From an uncultured Ruminococcus sp. (lineage in GTDB: Bacteria > Bacillota > Clostridia > Oscillospirales > Ruminococcaceae): a stretch of DNA of 64,000 nt. The stretch spans positions 808 to 64,807 of the forward strand of contig CALGTV010000038.1 in assembly GCA_937902395.1 (NCBI GenBank), written 5' to 3'. The notes under the pieces are model-generated. The model had not been told where the DNA came from and ran no database searches. It worked only from the letters and a program-made list of their open reading frames with translations. Below, one piece after another: positions 18,949 through 28,490 of the stretch. The position numbers were made by a program, and so were the translations under genes. Numbering within the stretch: the first letter of the stretch is position 1; the number at the start of each line of letters is the position of its first letter.

Positions 18949-19281
18949 ATGGATAAGGAAAAAATTCTTGAAATGAGCAGAAAAGAAAATATGAATGTGG
19001 ATTTATATGAGCTTGAAATTATCGGCAAATCAGAAAGCCTTGCCGGTACTATCGCCGGTATACTCTGCTTTGCTCTTTATTTAGCAGAAGAAATAATAAC
19101 AGGCAATAAGAATAGCAGCTTATGGGGCATATTTTGTACTTTTATTGCAGTAGACAGCCTCTATAAAGGAATAAAACTGAAGAAGAAATCCTCTGTTATT
19201 TTCGGAGTTGTATGGCTATGTATTGCAATTGTATCAGTTACAAAAGCAGTTATAACATTTGTTAATACCGGCAGAACATAA
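18949..19281 (+). CDS. DUF6442-like small membrane protein (paralog 2)
   Basis: MDKEKILEMSRKEN..D.YE, 3 TM; tandem paralog. Confidence 0.75.
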   Translation: MDKEKILEMSRKENMNVDLYELEIIGKSESLAGTIAGILCFALYLAEEIITGNKNSSLWGIFCTFIAVDSLYKGIKLKKKSSVIFGVVWLCIAIVSVTKAVITFVNTGRT

Positions 19282-19295
19282 TGACGAGGTGCATA

Positions 19296-19502
19296 ATGGA
19301 AGACAGCTTAATTCTGAAAAACCGCCTGAAAGAGATACGCTCCGAGAAAAAAATATCTCAGGCGGAACTTGCGAAAATGGTGGGCGTATCACGAAATACT
19401 ATAAGCTCCATTGAAACAGGGCAGTTCAGCCCTACTGCTAAATTAGCGCTTATTCTTTGCATTGCTCTTGATAAAAAATTTGAGGATATATTTTATTTTT
19501 AA
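19296..19502 (+). CDS. XRE-family HTH transcriptional regulator
   Basis: LKNRLKEIR..SQAELAKMVGVSRNTISSIETG..P..LAL. Confidence 0.92.
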   Translation: MEDSLILKNRLKEIRSEKKISQAELAKMVGVSRNTISSIETGQFSPTAKLALILCIALDKKFEDIFYF

Positions 19503-19750
19503 GGCTTTAGCCATTAGCAATAATAAACGACATTTATTCGGGTGGATTATTCACCCGAATATTTTTATTCCCATTGCAAACTCTTTTAGCTAACGACTAA
19601 CAGCTCAAAATAGATATTTTTGTTATATTTGTCGTTTAATTCCGCTTTACTTTTTTTATAAAATAGTGTATAATAATTATGTATACGATTTTACGGATTT
19701 AATATATCCGTGAATTCACCAAATCTGATTTTTAAGAGGCATTGCATATT

Positions 19751-22681
19751 ATGGCGAAAAATTATTCTCTCGGTATTGACGTAGGCTCTACTACCGTTAA
19801 AACCGTCATTACCGATACGGCAAAAAATATCATATATTCCCGCTATCAGCGACATTTTTCCAAGGTCAAGGAAACTGTAACGGAACAGCTGGAACTTATC
19901 CGCGAAGCTTATCCCGATGATGATTTCACGGTCTGCATTACAGGCTCCGCAGGTCTGGGACTGGCAAATTCCGCAAATCTCCCCTTTGTGCAGGAGGTTC
20001 ACGCGGCTTTCCTTGCGGTAAAGGAAAAAGCTCCTGACGCTGACGCTGTTATCGAATTGGGCGGCGAGGACGCTAAAATCATTTTCCTTACAGGCGGAGT
20101 TGAACAGCGTATGAACGGCTCTTGTGCAGGCGGTACAGGCGCTTTCATCGACCAGATGGCAACTCTCCTCGGTATTACCGCAGATGAGCTTGACGCTCTT
20201 TCCCTCAATGCTCAGAAAGTATATCCCATTGCTTCACGATGCGGAGTTTTTGCAAAATCTGATATTCAGCCCCTGCTCAACCAGGGCGCGCTCCGTGAGG
20301 ATATTGCTGCAAGTATCTTTCAGGCTGTGGTTGACCAGACTGTTTCAGGGCTTGCTCAGGGACGTACTATCGAGGGAAAAGTACTTTTCCTCGGCGGTCC
20401 GCTCCACTTCCTGCAGGGATTGAAAAATGCCTTTGTGAAAACTCTCGGCCTTGATGACGAACACGCAGTATTTCCGGAGGACGGCCCTGTTTTTGTGGCT
20501 TACGGCTGTTCCCTCCATGGCGCTCAGCTTGAAGAACGCTATACTGTTGATGAAATGATTGATATGGTCAGAAATGCCAAAGCCTCTGACGATATCATTA
20601 CAGGTGATCCCCTCTTTGCTTCGCAGGCTGAATATGAAGAATTCATCGACCGACATAAAAAATACGACTTGGGATATGCTGATATTCGTACATACAAGGG
20701 TGATGCTTACCTCGGAATCGACGCAGGTTCTACCACTACAAAGCTTGTGCTGATTACCGACGATTGCCGCATTCTCTATCACCATTATTCCTCAAATATG
20801 GGTCAGCCTCTTGACAAAATCGCTGCGCAGGTAAAGGCTATCCGCGAGGCAATGAATCCCGATATTACCATAAAGGGCTCTGCTGTTACAGGCTACGGCG
20901 AGGATTTGATAAAGGCTGGTCTTTCCGTTGACCACGGCATTGTTGAAACTGTTGCTCACTTCAAGGCGGCGGCTTATTTCTGCCCTGATGTTGACTTTAT
21001 CATTGACATAGGCGGTCAGGATATAAAATGCTTCCGCATAAAAAATCACAGTATCGACAGCATTATGCTTAATGAGGCTTGCTCTTCCGGCTGTGGCTCG
21101 TTTATACAGACTTTTGCTATGGCTCTTGGATATGATATTTCCGAATTTTCTCAGCTGGGACTTTTCGCTCAGCACCCTGTTGACCTCGGCTCACGCTGTA
21201 CAGTATTCATGAACAGCTCCGTTAAACAGGCACAGAAAGACGGCGCTACAGTTGAGGATATTTCCGCAGGCTTGTCCTCGTCTATTATCAAAAATGCCAT
21301 ATACAAGGTTATTCGTGCAAATTCTCCCGATGAGCTTGGAAAAAATATTGTTGTTCAAGGCGGTACTTTCCTAAATGACGCTGTTTTGCGCTCCTTTGAA
21401 AAGGAACTTGGCAGAAACGTTATTCGTCCTGCTGTTTCGGGACTTATGGGAGCTCTTGGCTGTGCGCTGTACGCTAAGGAGCGCACGGAGGGAACTTCAA
21501 CTCTTATTTCCGCTGAGGAACTGGAAAATTTCAGTTACACTTCAAAATCTGCAAACTGCGGCGGCTGTACTGCAAACTGCCGTCTTAACATAATCAATTT
21601 CGGTAAGGGACGTAATTTTATATCGGGAAATCGCTGTGAAAAAGGCAACGGCAAGGCGAAAAAGAATAATATACCCAATCTTTATGAATACAAATATAAC
21701 AGCGTTCTCGCTCTGAAAACTGCTGAACAGCCGAAAAATCCCGTTGCTAAAGTGGGCTTGCCCATGACTTTAAGCTTCTATGAGCAGATGAAGTTCTGGC
21801 AGACTTTCTTCAATGAACTGGGATTTGAAACAGTAATAAGCGACGAAAGTTCCCGTGAAGTTTACTATCTTGGTCAGCATACTATCCCCTCTGATACTGT
21901 ATGCTATCCAGCAAAGCTTGCTCACGGACATATCGAATATCTGCTTGATAAGGGCGTGGACTTCATTTTCTACCCTTGTATGAGTTACAACATTGACGAG
22001 GGCGGCAGTGATAACCATTTCAACTGCCCTGTTGTAGCCTATTATCCCGAGCTTCTTGCAGCTAATAATCTAAGGCTCAACGACAAGAATTTCTTCCGTC
22101 CTTACATGGATATGAACAATAAGAAAAATATCGTCCGCGTTATGAAGCAGACACTGAAACACTATAACATCAGTGGAAAAATTGCCGCAGCTGTGGATAA
22201 GGCTTTCGAGGCTTACCATAAACAGCAGGCGGATATTTCTCAAAAAGCTGAAGAGATAATTGCTCAGGCAAGAGCTGAAAAACGTAAGATAATCGTTCTT
22301 GCTGGCAGACCGTACCACATTGACCGCGAAATTAACCACGGCATACACAAGCTTATTACAAGTCTTGGTATGGCTGTTGTAACTGAGGACAGTGTTGCGG
22401 CTCTTGGGGAAACTCCCAAACTTGGAGTTCTGAATCAGTGGACTTACCATTCAAGACTTTACCGCGCCGCGCAATATGTTACAACTCAGCCTGATATGCA
22501 GCTTATTCAGCTTGTATCTTTCGGTTGTGGAATCGACGCTGTAACAAGTGATGAAGTGCGCAATATCCTTGAAAGCGGCGGAAAGCTGTACACTCAGCTG
22601 AAAATTGATGAGATAAATAATTTAGGTGCGGCAAGAATCAGACTAAGAAGTCTTGTTGCCGCAATGGAACAATCTGATTAA
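19751..22681 (+). CDS. Double BcrAD/BadFG ATPase activator + DUF2229 protein; PlsA-like plasmalogen synthase subunit
   Basis: Two ASKHA activase domains (GIDVGSTT..CAGGTG..RCGVF; GIDAGSTT..CSSGCG..RCTVF), then CYPAK, CP.V, GRPYH, SFGCG.D. Confidence 0.85.
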   Translation: MAKNYSLGIDVGSTTVKTVITDTAKNIIYSRYQRHFSKVKETVTEQLELIREAYPDDDFTVCITGSAGLGLANSANLPFVQEVHAAFLAVKEKAPDADAVIELGGEDAKIIFLTGGVEQRMNGSCAGGTGAFIDQMATLLGITADELDALSLNAQKVYPIASRCGVFAKSDIQPLLNQGALREDIAASIFQAVVDQTVSGLAQGRTIEGKVLFLGGPLHFLQGLKNAFVKTLGLDDEHAVFPEDGPVFVAYGCSLHGAQLEERYTVDEMIDMVRNAKASDDIITGDPLFASQAEYEEFIDRHKKYDLGYADIRTYKGDAYLGIDAGSTTTKLVLITDDCRILYHHYSSNMGQPLDKIAAQVKAIREAMNPDITIKGSAVTGYGEDLIKAGLSVDHGIVETVAHFKAAAYFCPDVDFIIDIGGQDIKCFRIKNHSIDSIMLNEACSSGCGSFIQTFAMALGYDISEFSQLGLFAQHPVDLGSRCTVFMNSSVKQAQKDGATVEDISAGLSSSIIKNAIYKVIRANSPDELGKNIVVQGGTFLNDAVLRSFEKELGRNVIRPAVSGLMGALGCALYAKERTEGTSTLISAEELENFSYTSKSANCGGCTANCRLNIINFGKGRNFISGNRCEKGNGKAKKNNIPNLYEYKYNSVLALKTAEQPKNPVAKVGLPMTLSFYEQMKFWQTFFNELGFETVISDESSREVYYLGQHTIPSDTVCYPAKLAHGHIEYLLDKGVDFIFYPCMSYNIDEGGSDNHFNCPVVAYYPELLAANNLRLNDKNFFRPYMDMNNKKNIVRVMKQTLKHYNISGKIAAAVDKAFEAYHKQQADISQKAEEIIAQARAEKRKIIVLAGRPYHIDREINHGIHKLITSLGMAVVTEDSVAALGETPKLGVLNQWTYHSRLYRAAQYVTTQPDMQLIQLVSFGCGIDAVTSDEVRNILESGGKLYTQLKIDEINNLGAARIRLRSLVAAMEQSD

Positions 22682-22704
22682 GCAAAACTTTAAAGCTTTG
22701 CTTT

Positions 22705-22782
22705 GCAGCTATTAGCCATTAGCCGTTAGCCGTTAGCTGATGATTTACAAAGCTAAAAGCTAATGGATAAAGGCTAACAGCT
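22705..22782. repeat. Heptamer tandem repeats forming an imperfect hairpin
   Basis: (ATTAGCC)2 GTTAGCC GTTAGCT opposed by AGCTAAA AGCTAAT GGATAAA GGCTAAC AGCT; related sequence at 19503-19605. Confidence 0.7.
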
Positions 22783-22811
22783 CTTAATTTTAAATTGTAT
22801 AGGAGATTAAT

Positions 22812-24038
22812 ATGCCTGAATATGCAAAATTTACTGAGGATATGATAAAAACCCATACTATCCTCGTTCCCGATATGCTGCCGATTCATTTCAAGCTGCT
22901 TATCGCTATATTTGAAAGCAAGGGCTACCACATGGAGCTTTTGCAGAACGATTCCCGCGCTGTCGTTGATGAGGGATTGAAAAACGTTCACAATGACGCT
23001 TGTTATCCTGCTTTGCTTGTTATCGGTCAGTTTATGGACGCTCTCAAAAGCGGTAAATACGACCTCGACAAGACTGCTCTGCTTATTACCCAGACAGGCG
23101 GCGGCTGTCGTGCCTCCAACTATATTCACCTGCTGAGAAAGGCTGTTGACAAGAATTTTCCGCAGGTGCCTGTTGTGTCCCTCAATTTCAGCGGACTTGA
23201 AAAAGACAGCGGTTTCAAAATCACTGCACCGATGTTCTTCAAGTTCCTCTATGCTGTTCTCTACGGCGATTTGCTTATGACTTGCTACAACAAGTGCCGT
23301 ACATACGAGGTAAACAAGGGCGATGCTAAAGCTACTCTTGAAAAATGGCAGGACGCTCTTGGCGAAATGTTCCGTCAGGGTAAGGGATACACCAAAACTA
23401 AAAAGCTTTACCGCGATATCCTTGACGATTTCGGAGCTATAAAGCTCAGCGGTGAAAATAAAATTAAAGTCGGCATTGTGGGTGAGATTTATGTTAAATA
23501 TTCACCTCTTGCAAATAATCACCTTGAAGATTTTCTCATATCCGAGGGCTGTGAGCCTGTTGTGCCGTCGCTTCTGGAATTCGTCATGTACTGCGCTGTA
23601 AGCAACTTTAACAATGCGGCGCTTTACGACAACAAAAACATGAAATCCATGGTGTTCAAGCTTGGATATAAGCTGATTTATGCTAAACAAAAAGAGCTTA
23701 TCAACATCATGAAACAGCATGGAAAATTTGAGCCTCTTCACGATTTTGAGCATCTCCGCAAATTAGCTGATAAATACATAAATCAGGGCGTTGTTATGGG
23801 CGAGGGCTGGCTTATTCCTGCAGAAATGGCGGCTCTTGCAAAATCAGGAGTTGAAAACATCATCTGCGCTCAGCCTTTCGGTTGTCTGCCTAATCATATC
23901 GTTGCAAAAGGTATGTCACGCGCTATCAAGGACGACAATCCCAATGCAAATATTGTTGCTATCGACTACGACCCCGGCGCTACAAGAGTAAATCAGGAGA
24001 ACCGCATAAAGCTTATGCTGGTTAATGCAAAGCGATGA
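22812..24038 (+). CDS. 2-hydroxyacyl-CoA dehydratase/reductase-like subunit; PlsR-like
   Basis: HNDACYP, QTGGGCRASNY, VGEIY, GEGW, QPFGCLPNH, NQENR. Confidence 0.85.
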   Translation: MPEYAKFTEDMIKTHTILVPDMLPIHFKLLIAIFESKGYHMELLQNDSRAVVDEGLKNVHNDACYPALLVIGQFMDALKSGKYDLDKTALLITQTGGGCRASNYIHLLRKAVDKNFPQVPVVSLNFSGLEKDSGFKITAPMFFKFLYAVLYGDLLMTCYNKCRTYEVNKGDAKATLEKWQDALGEMFRQGKGYTKTKKLYRDILDDFGAIKLSGENKIKVGIVGEIYVKYSPLANNHLEDFLISEGCEPVVPSLLEFVMYCAVSNFNNAALYDNKNMKSMVFKLGYKLIYAKQKELINIMKQHGKFEPLHDFEHLRKLADKYINQGVVMGEGWLIPAEMAALAKSGVENIICAQPFGCLPNHIVAKGMSRAIKDDNPNANIVAIDYDPGATRVNQENRIKLMLVNAKR

Positions 24039-24910
24039 TTAAGACAAGATTCGGAGCATATCTCCGCGAAAATAAGACGCAGGAAAAATGGCTTAACAAG
24101 CTTTATGGAAACTTTTTTGGCAGATGCGTGCTGAAAATTCTCACTTTGCCTTTTATCTCAAAGATTGTGGGAAAATTTATGGATTCTGAACTTTCAATTC
24201 CACTTATAAAGCCGTTTATACGAAAAAATTTTATTGATATGGACGATTACGAAAGAGTAGATTACAAAAGCTACAATGAATTCTTTACAAGAAAGATAAT
24301 CCCCTCTGCTCGTCCTGTTTCATATGTTCCTACAGATTTCATCTGCCCCTGCGATTCAAAGCTTACAGTTTACGAAATAAACGAAAGCAGCCTTTTCAGT
24401 ATTAAGAATTCCATGTACAGTGTTGAAGATTTGTTGAAAAATAAATCCCTCGCGAAAAAATATCAAGGCGGATACTGTTTGATATTCCGACTGTGTGTTG
24501 ACGATTATCACCGCTACTGCTACATTGATAACGGTGTAAAGGGGACAAATAAATTTATCAAGGGTGAATTGCATACTGTAAATCCCATTGCATTAAAATA
24601 TTACAACATCTACAAGAGAAACAGCCGTGAGTATACTATTCTCCGTACTGAAAATTTTGGCGATGTGGTACAGGTCGAGGTTGGCGCTCTCCTTGTTGGC
24701 AAAATATGTAATCACCATGGAAAGCACAAATTCCGCAGAGGCGAGGAAAAGGGTATGTTTCAGTTTGGCGGCTCAACTGTTGTTTTACTCGTTCAAAGAG
24801 ATAAAGTTATAATTGATAAAGATATTCTTGAAAATTCTGCAAACGGATTTGAAACTATGGTTCAATATGGTGAGAAAATAGGTAATAAAAAGGATTCTAA
24901 GGGTCAATAA
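24035..24910 (+). CDS. psd: Phosphatidylserine decarboxylase proenzyme
   Basis: FFTR, RL..DYHR, EVGA..VG.I, FGGST autocleavage motif; ATGA overlap with upstream gene. Confidence 0.93.
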   Translation: MIKTRFGAYLRENKTQEKWLNKLYGNFFGRCVLKILTLPFISKIVGKFMDSELSIPLIKPFIRKNFIDMDDYERVDYKSYNEFFTRKIIPSARPVSYVPTDFICPCDSKLTVYEINESSLFSIKNSMYSVEDLLKNKSLAKKYQGGYCLIFRLCVDDYHRYCYIDNGVKGTNKFIKGELHTVNPIALKYYNIYKRNSREYTILRTENFGDVVQVEVGALLVGKICNHHGKHKFRRGEEKGMFQFGGSTVVLLVQRDKVIIDKDILENSANGFETMVQYGEKIGNKKDSKGQ

Positions 24911-24967
24911 CCTTTAGAATCCTTTTTACCAATCAAATTATTATCTGATACCAATCCCTGAAACAAC

Positions 24968-25086
24968 AGTAGACAAATCTAATGGCATAAATGCTGCATG
25001 TCGTCGTTGTCCTCCTCACCATACGACAGTATGCTTTCGTCGTCCGCCTTGACATACATCATTTCTGCTCATCATCTTTGTCTACT
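24968..25086. repeat. ~120-bp inverted-repeat-bounded MITE-like/structured element
   Basis: AGTAGACAAA..TTTGTCTACT termini plus nested pairing GGCATAAATG/CATTTCTGCT and TGCATGTC/GACATACA. Confidence 0.6.
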
Positions 25087-25092
25087 AACATT

Positions 25093-26196
25093 TTAGGGAT
25101 TGGTATGAAAAGCAAGAAGCAATCCCAACAATCCAAAATTAATCGCTGTGAATACTGCCATATATCTCACCGTTTTTGCGCCCTCTGATGCTCTGTAATA
25201 TTGGAACGATATTAAACTTGCCAGAGATGCTATTATTGTTCCTAATCCGCCTGTATTTACTCCAAGCAATAATGCTTTGCCGTTTTCAGTGAATCCCGAA
25301 AGCATTACTGCCGCAGGAACATTGCTTATTATCTGCGATAATACTACGGATACTATAACTTCTCTGTTCTGTAAAATCTCTGAGACAAATCCGCTTACTG
25401 CTTCAATCCGCGCTATATTCCCTACAAAAACGAAAAAGCATACAAATGTAGCAAGAAGTCCGTAATCTACTTTTAACAATAGTCTTCTGTCGCATATCAG
25501 CGCAACTGTAACAGCAATTATAAAACATGCCCAATCGGGTACTACGCGGAATACCGACAGCAGACATACTGCAAATAAACCAAGGTATATTGCAGATTTT
25601 ACTTTTGAAATCTCCTGCACTGCCGCTGATTCAGCTTTACATTCCGTTTTCGGCAGGAATAAACACAATATCAGCAATGCCGCAAGACTTACCGCAGCTG
25701 TGGGCAGCATTGTTGTGAAAAAATCCACTAATGTCAACTTGTATTTGTCATATATAAAAAGATTCTGCGGATTTCCGAATGGAGTGACCATGCTTCCCAG
25801 ATTTGCCGCCGCTGTTTCAAGTACAATTGTCAGTATGCGGCTTTTTTCATCCCTGATTTTTTCATATACCATGAGTGTCAGCGGAACAAATGTTATAAGC
25901 GCTACATCATTTGTTACAAGCATTGATGAAAAGTAACATATCAGTGTGAATATTATTCCAAGGCGGCGGATATTCCCCGCTTTTTTCAGCAACAGGGATG
26001 TTGCTTTTTCAAATATTCCGATGCTTCTGAATCCGCCAACCGCTGTCATAAGACAAAAAAGTTGTATCAGTACGGCTCGATTTATGTACCCTGCGTATGC
26101 ACTGTCAGGCGGAATTATAAATACCGTTGCCAAAGCTGCAATAAACGCTATGACAAGAACAGGCTGTGCCTTTATGAATTTTTTTACTCGTTCCAA
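25093..26196 (-). CDS. SLC13/CitMHS/ArsB-like anion permease
   Basis: SMLVTNDVAL, ANLGS..TPFGNPQN, SQ..SNVPA, GG.GT.IASLA motifs. Confidence 0.88.
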   Translation of the reverse strand: MERVKKFIKAQPVLVIAFIAALATVFIIPPDSAYAGYINRAVLIQLFCLMTAVGGFRSIGIFEKATSLLLKKAGNIRRLGIIFTLICYFSSMLVTNDVALITFVPLTLMVYEKIRDEKSRILTIVLETAAANLGSMVTPFGNPQNLFIYDKYKLTLVDFFTTMLPTAAVSLAALLILCLFLPKTECKAESAAVQEISKVKSAIYLGLFAVCLLSVFRVVPDWACFIIAVTVALICDRRLLLKVDYGLLATFVCFFVFVGNIARIEAVSGFVSEILQNREVIVSVVLSQIISNVPAAVMLSGFTENGKALLLGVNTGGLGTIIASLASLISFQYYRASEGAKTVRYMAVFTAINFGLLGLLLAFHTNP

Positions 26197-26765
26197 GTTT
26201 TCATCTCCGATTTTATTTCACTTATGCAATCCTCAATATCTCCGTTATTTGAAAATCGCTTTTTTATGCCTGCGGATTCCAGTTTTTCATCTGAAAAATC
26301 TTCGGAATCTGCAAGAAATCTTCTGCATAACTCTGCATATCGCGGCGACGGCTCAAGCTGTTCACGCTGAATCGCTCGCATAAGCCGAATTCCGTCCTCA
26401 ACTTCGATATATATGGGCACTACTGAATCACCTAAAGTCTCCCTGATTTTTATGTAACTTTCAAGTGTGCCGATTCCAAGACAATTTCCTTTTTCAAGGT
26501 CTATACTATCCTGTGATGTAAAATAAATCCACTCTCCGTGAACAGTGTTGTATATCCGCGATTCGAGAACTTTCCCTGCTGCTTTCATATCATCATAGCA
26601 ACTGCGGTCAACAAAGTGATACTCTCTGCCCTGCTTTTCATTTTCTCTCATCGGACGCGTTGTATGCAGAACAATTGGTGTAAGCTCCATATCTTTCAGC
26701 AGCGTTTTATAAATGGTGTCCTTGCCGCTGGAACTCTTACCCATGATGTAAAAAATGCGATTCAT
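26184..26765 (-). CDS. gmk: Guanylate kinase-like protein
   Basis: GKSSSGKDT P-loop, TTRP.RE.E..G.EY.F; own TTGACA-17-TAAAAT promoter (~26797-26825, minus). Confidence 0.8.
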   Translation of the reverse strand: MNRIFYIMGKSSSGKDTIYKTLLKDMELTPIVLHTTRPMRENEKQGREYHFVDRSCYDDMKAAGKVLESRIYNTVHGEWIYFTSQDSIDLEKGNCLGIGTLESYIKIRETLGDSVVPIYIEVEDGIRLMRAIQREQLEPSPRYAELCRRFLADSEDFSDEKLESAGIKKRFSNNGDIEDCISEIKSEMKTWNE

Positions 26766-26846
26766 ACTCTCACCTCTTTTCAAATTTGCCTTTATAATTT
26801 TATCACAGTATGAAGTCTATGTCAAGAAAATTTCTTCTCCTTAAAA

Positions 26847-26862
26847 AGTTTCACGTGAAACA
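26847..26862. promoter_or_regulatory. parS site (1 mismatch)
   Basis: AGTTTCACGTGAAACA vs consensus TGTTNCACGTGAAACA. Confidence 0.75.
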
Positions 26863-27124
26863 TTTACAGGGCATCCCCCACAGCAATATAATCCGATTCG
26901 CCCCCTCTCCCCCAGTCCCCTGAAACGCAATACTGCAATTTCAAGTATGAGCAATATAATTCAAGGGGAGTGGGTTGAACACATCAGGGGAGTGATAATA
27001 TTTTTATAGATTGTTGCATTTGTCACTTTTATTTTTCTGCTGAATATGTTATAATTATAGTGTCAAAAGTACAATGAATAAAAGTAAAATATATACAAAT
27101 AATAAAAAAGCGAGGTAATTTAAA

Positions 27125-28282
27125 TTGAAAAACGTCAAAAATAATATTTTCTATGTGGGTGTAAATGACCACGAAATCGACCTGTTCGAAGGACAGTACA
27201 TTGTACCTAATGGTATGGCATATAACTCTTATGTCATCACCGACGAAAAAATTGCTGTACTTGATTCTGTTGATATAAAGTTTGGTGACAAATGGCTGGA
27301 AAATATTAATGAGGTTCTTGGTGAGAAAAATCCTGACTATCTTATTATTCAGCATATGGAACCCGACCACTCTGCTTGCATTGATAAATTTGTCAGCAAA
27401 TACCCGAATGCTATCGTTGTTGGAAATGCTAAAACCTTTGATATGCTCCGCGCATTCTTCCCGAATCTTGAACTCCCTAACACACTTACTGTAAAAGACG
27501 GCGAGAAACTCTCCCTCGGCAACCATGAACTGACATTCGTCACCGCTCCTATGGTTCACTGGCCTGAGGTTATGCTGACATATGATAGCGCGGAAAAGGT
27601 TCTTTTCTCCGCTGACGCGTTCGGAAAATTCGGTGCTCTTGATGTTGATGAGGATTGGGCTTGTGAGGCTCGCCGCTACTATTTCGGCATTGTCGGAAAA
27701 TACGGCGTGCAGGTGCAGGCTCTTCTGAAAAAAGCTTCTGCGCTGGATATTGAGACTATCTGTCCCCTCCATGGTCCGATTCTTAAAGAAAATCTCGGCT
27801 ATTATCTCAACCTCTATAACACATGGTCAAGTTATGGCGTTGAATCTGATGGCGTTTTCATCGCTTATACTTCCGTTTATGGCAACACTAAAGCAGCGGC
27901 TGAAATGCTCCGCGATAAGCTCATTGAAAAAGGCTGTCCAAAAGTTGCAATTGCTGATCTTGCCCGTGAAGATATGGCTGAATGTGTAGAGGACGGCTTC
28001 CGTTATGGAAAAATTGTACTTGCAACTACAACTTATAACGCTGAAATCTTCCCATTTATGAATCAGTTTATTGATTCATTAGTTGAAAGAAATTACCAAA
28101 ATCGTACAATTGGAATTATCGAAAATGGTTCATGGGCTCCTATGGCTGCTAAAGTTATCAAATCAAAATTCGAAAAATCAAAAAATATAACTTTTACAAA
28201 TTCTATTGTTTCTATCAAATCCGCTTTAAAACCTGAAAATATTGCTCAGATTGAGGCTATGGCTGATGAACTTCTGAAATAA
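27125..28282 (+). CDS. fprA: Flavodiiron protein (FprA family)
   Basis: YNSY, HMEPDH, HWPE, SADAFG, PLHG; C-terminal flavodoxin Y.S.YGNT. Confidence 0.95.
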   Translation: MKNVKNNIFYVGVNDHEIDLFEGQYIVPNGMAYNSYVITDEKIAVLDSVDIKFGDKWLENINEVLGEKNPDYLIIQHMEPDHSACIDKFVSKYPNAIVVGNAKTFDMLRAFFPNLELPNTLTVKDGEKLSLGNHELTFVTAPMVHWPEVMLTYDSAEKVLFSADAFGKFGALDVDEDWACEARRYYFGIVGKYGVQVQALLKKASALDIETICPLHGPILKENLGYYLNLYNTWSSYGVESDGVFIAYTSVYGNTKAAAEMLRDKLIEKGCPKVAIADLAREDMAECVEDGFRYGKIVLATTTYNAEIFPFMNQFIDSLVERNYQNRTIGIIENGSWAPMAAKVIKSKFEKSKNITFTNSIVSIKSALKPENIAQIEAMADELLK

Positions 28283-28291
28283 GGTGACATT

Positions 28292-28489
28292 ATGAAAGTA
28301 AAATTAAATCCCGATGAGGCTGTTGTTGCAAGAATCAAAGAGGGACTTGAAAAAAAGGACGGCTATTGTCCATGCAGACTTGCAAAAACACCCGAAAATA
28401 AATGTATGTGCAAAGAATTCCGCGACCAGATTGCCGACCCTGATTTCGAGGGGTTCTGCCACTGTATGCTTTACTATAAGGAGAAATGA
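28292..28489 (+). CDS. Ferredoxin-thioredoxin reductase catalytic-subunit-like protein
   Basis: YCPCR, CMC, CHC motifs in 65 aa. Confidence 0.85.
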   Translation: MKVKLNPDEAVVARIKEGLEKKDGYCPCRLAKTPENKCMCKEFRDQIADPDFEGFCHCMLYYKEK

Positions 28490-28490
28490 T

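Noticed and set aside
27029..27772. 247-aa antisense ORF (and the other antisense/shadow ORFs in the track)
   Set aside because: It lies opposite well-supported genes and shows no recognisable motifs or RBS.
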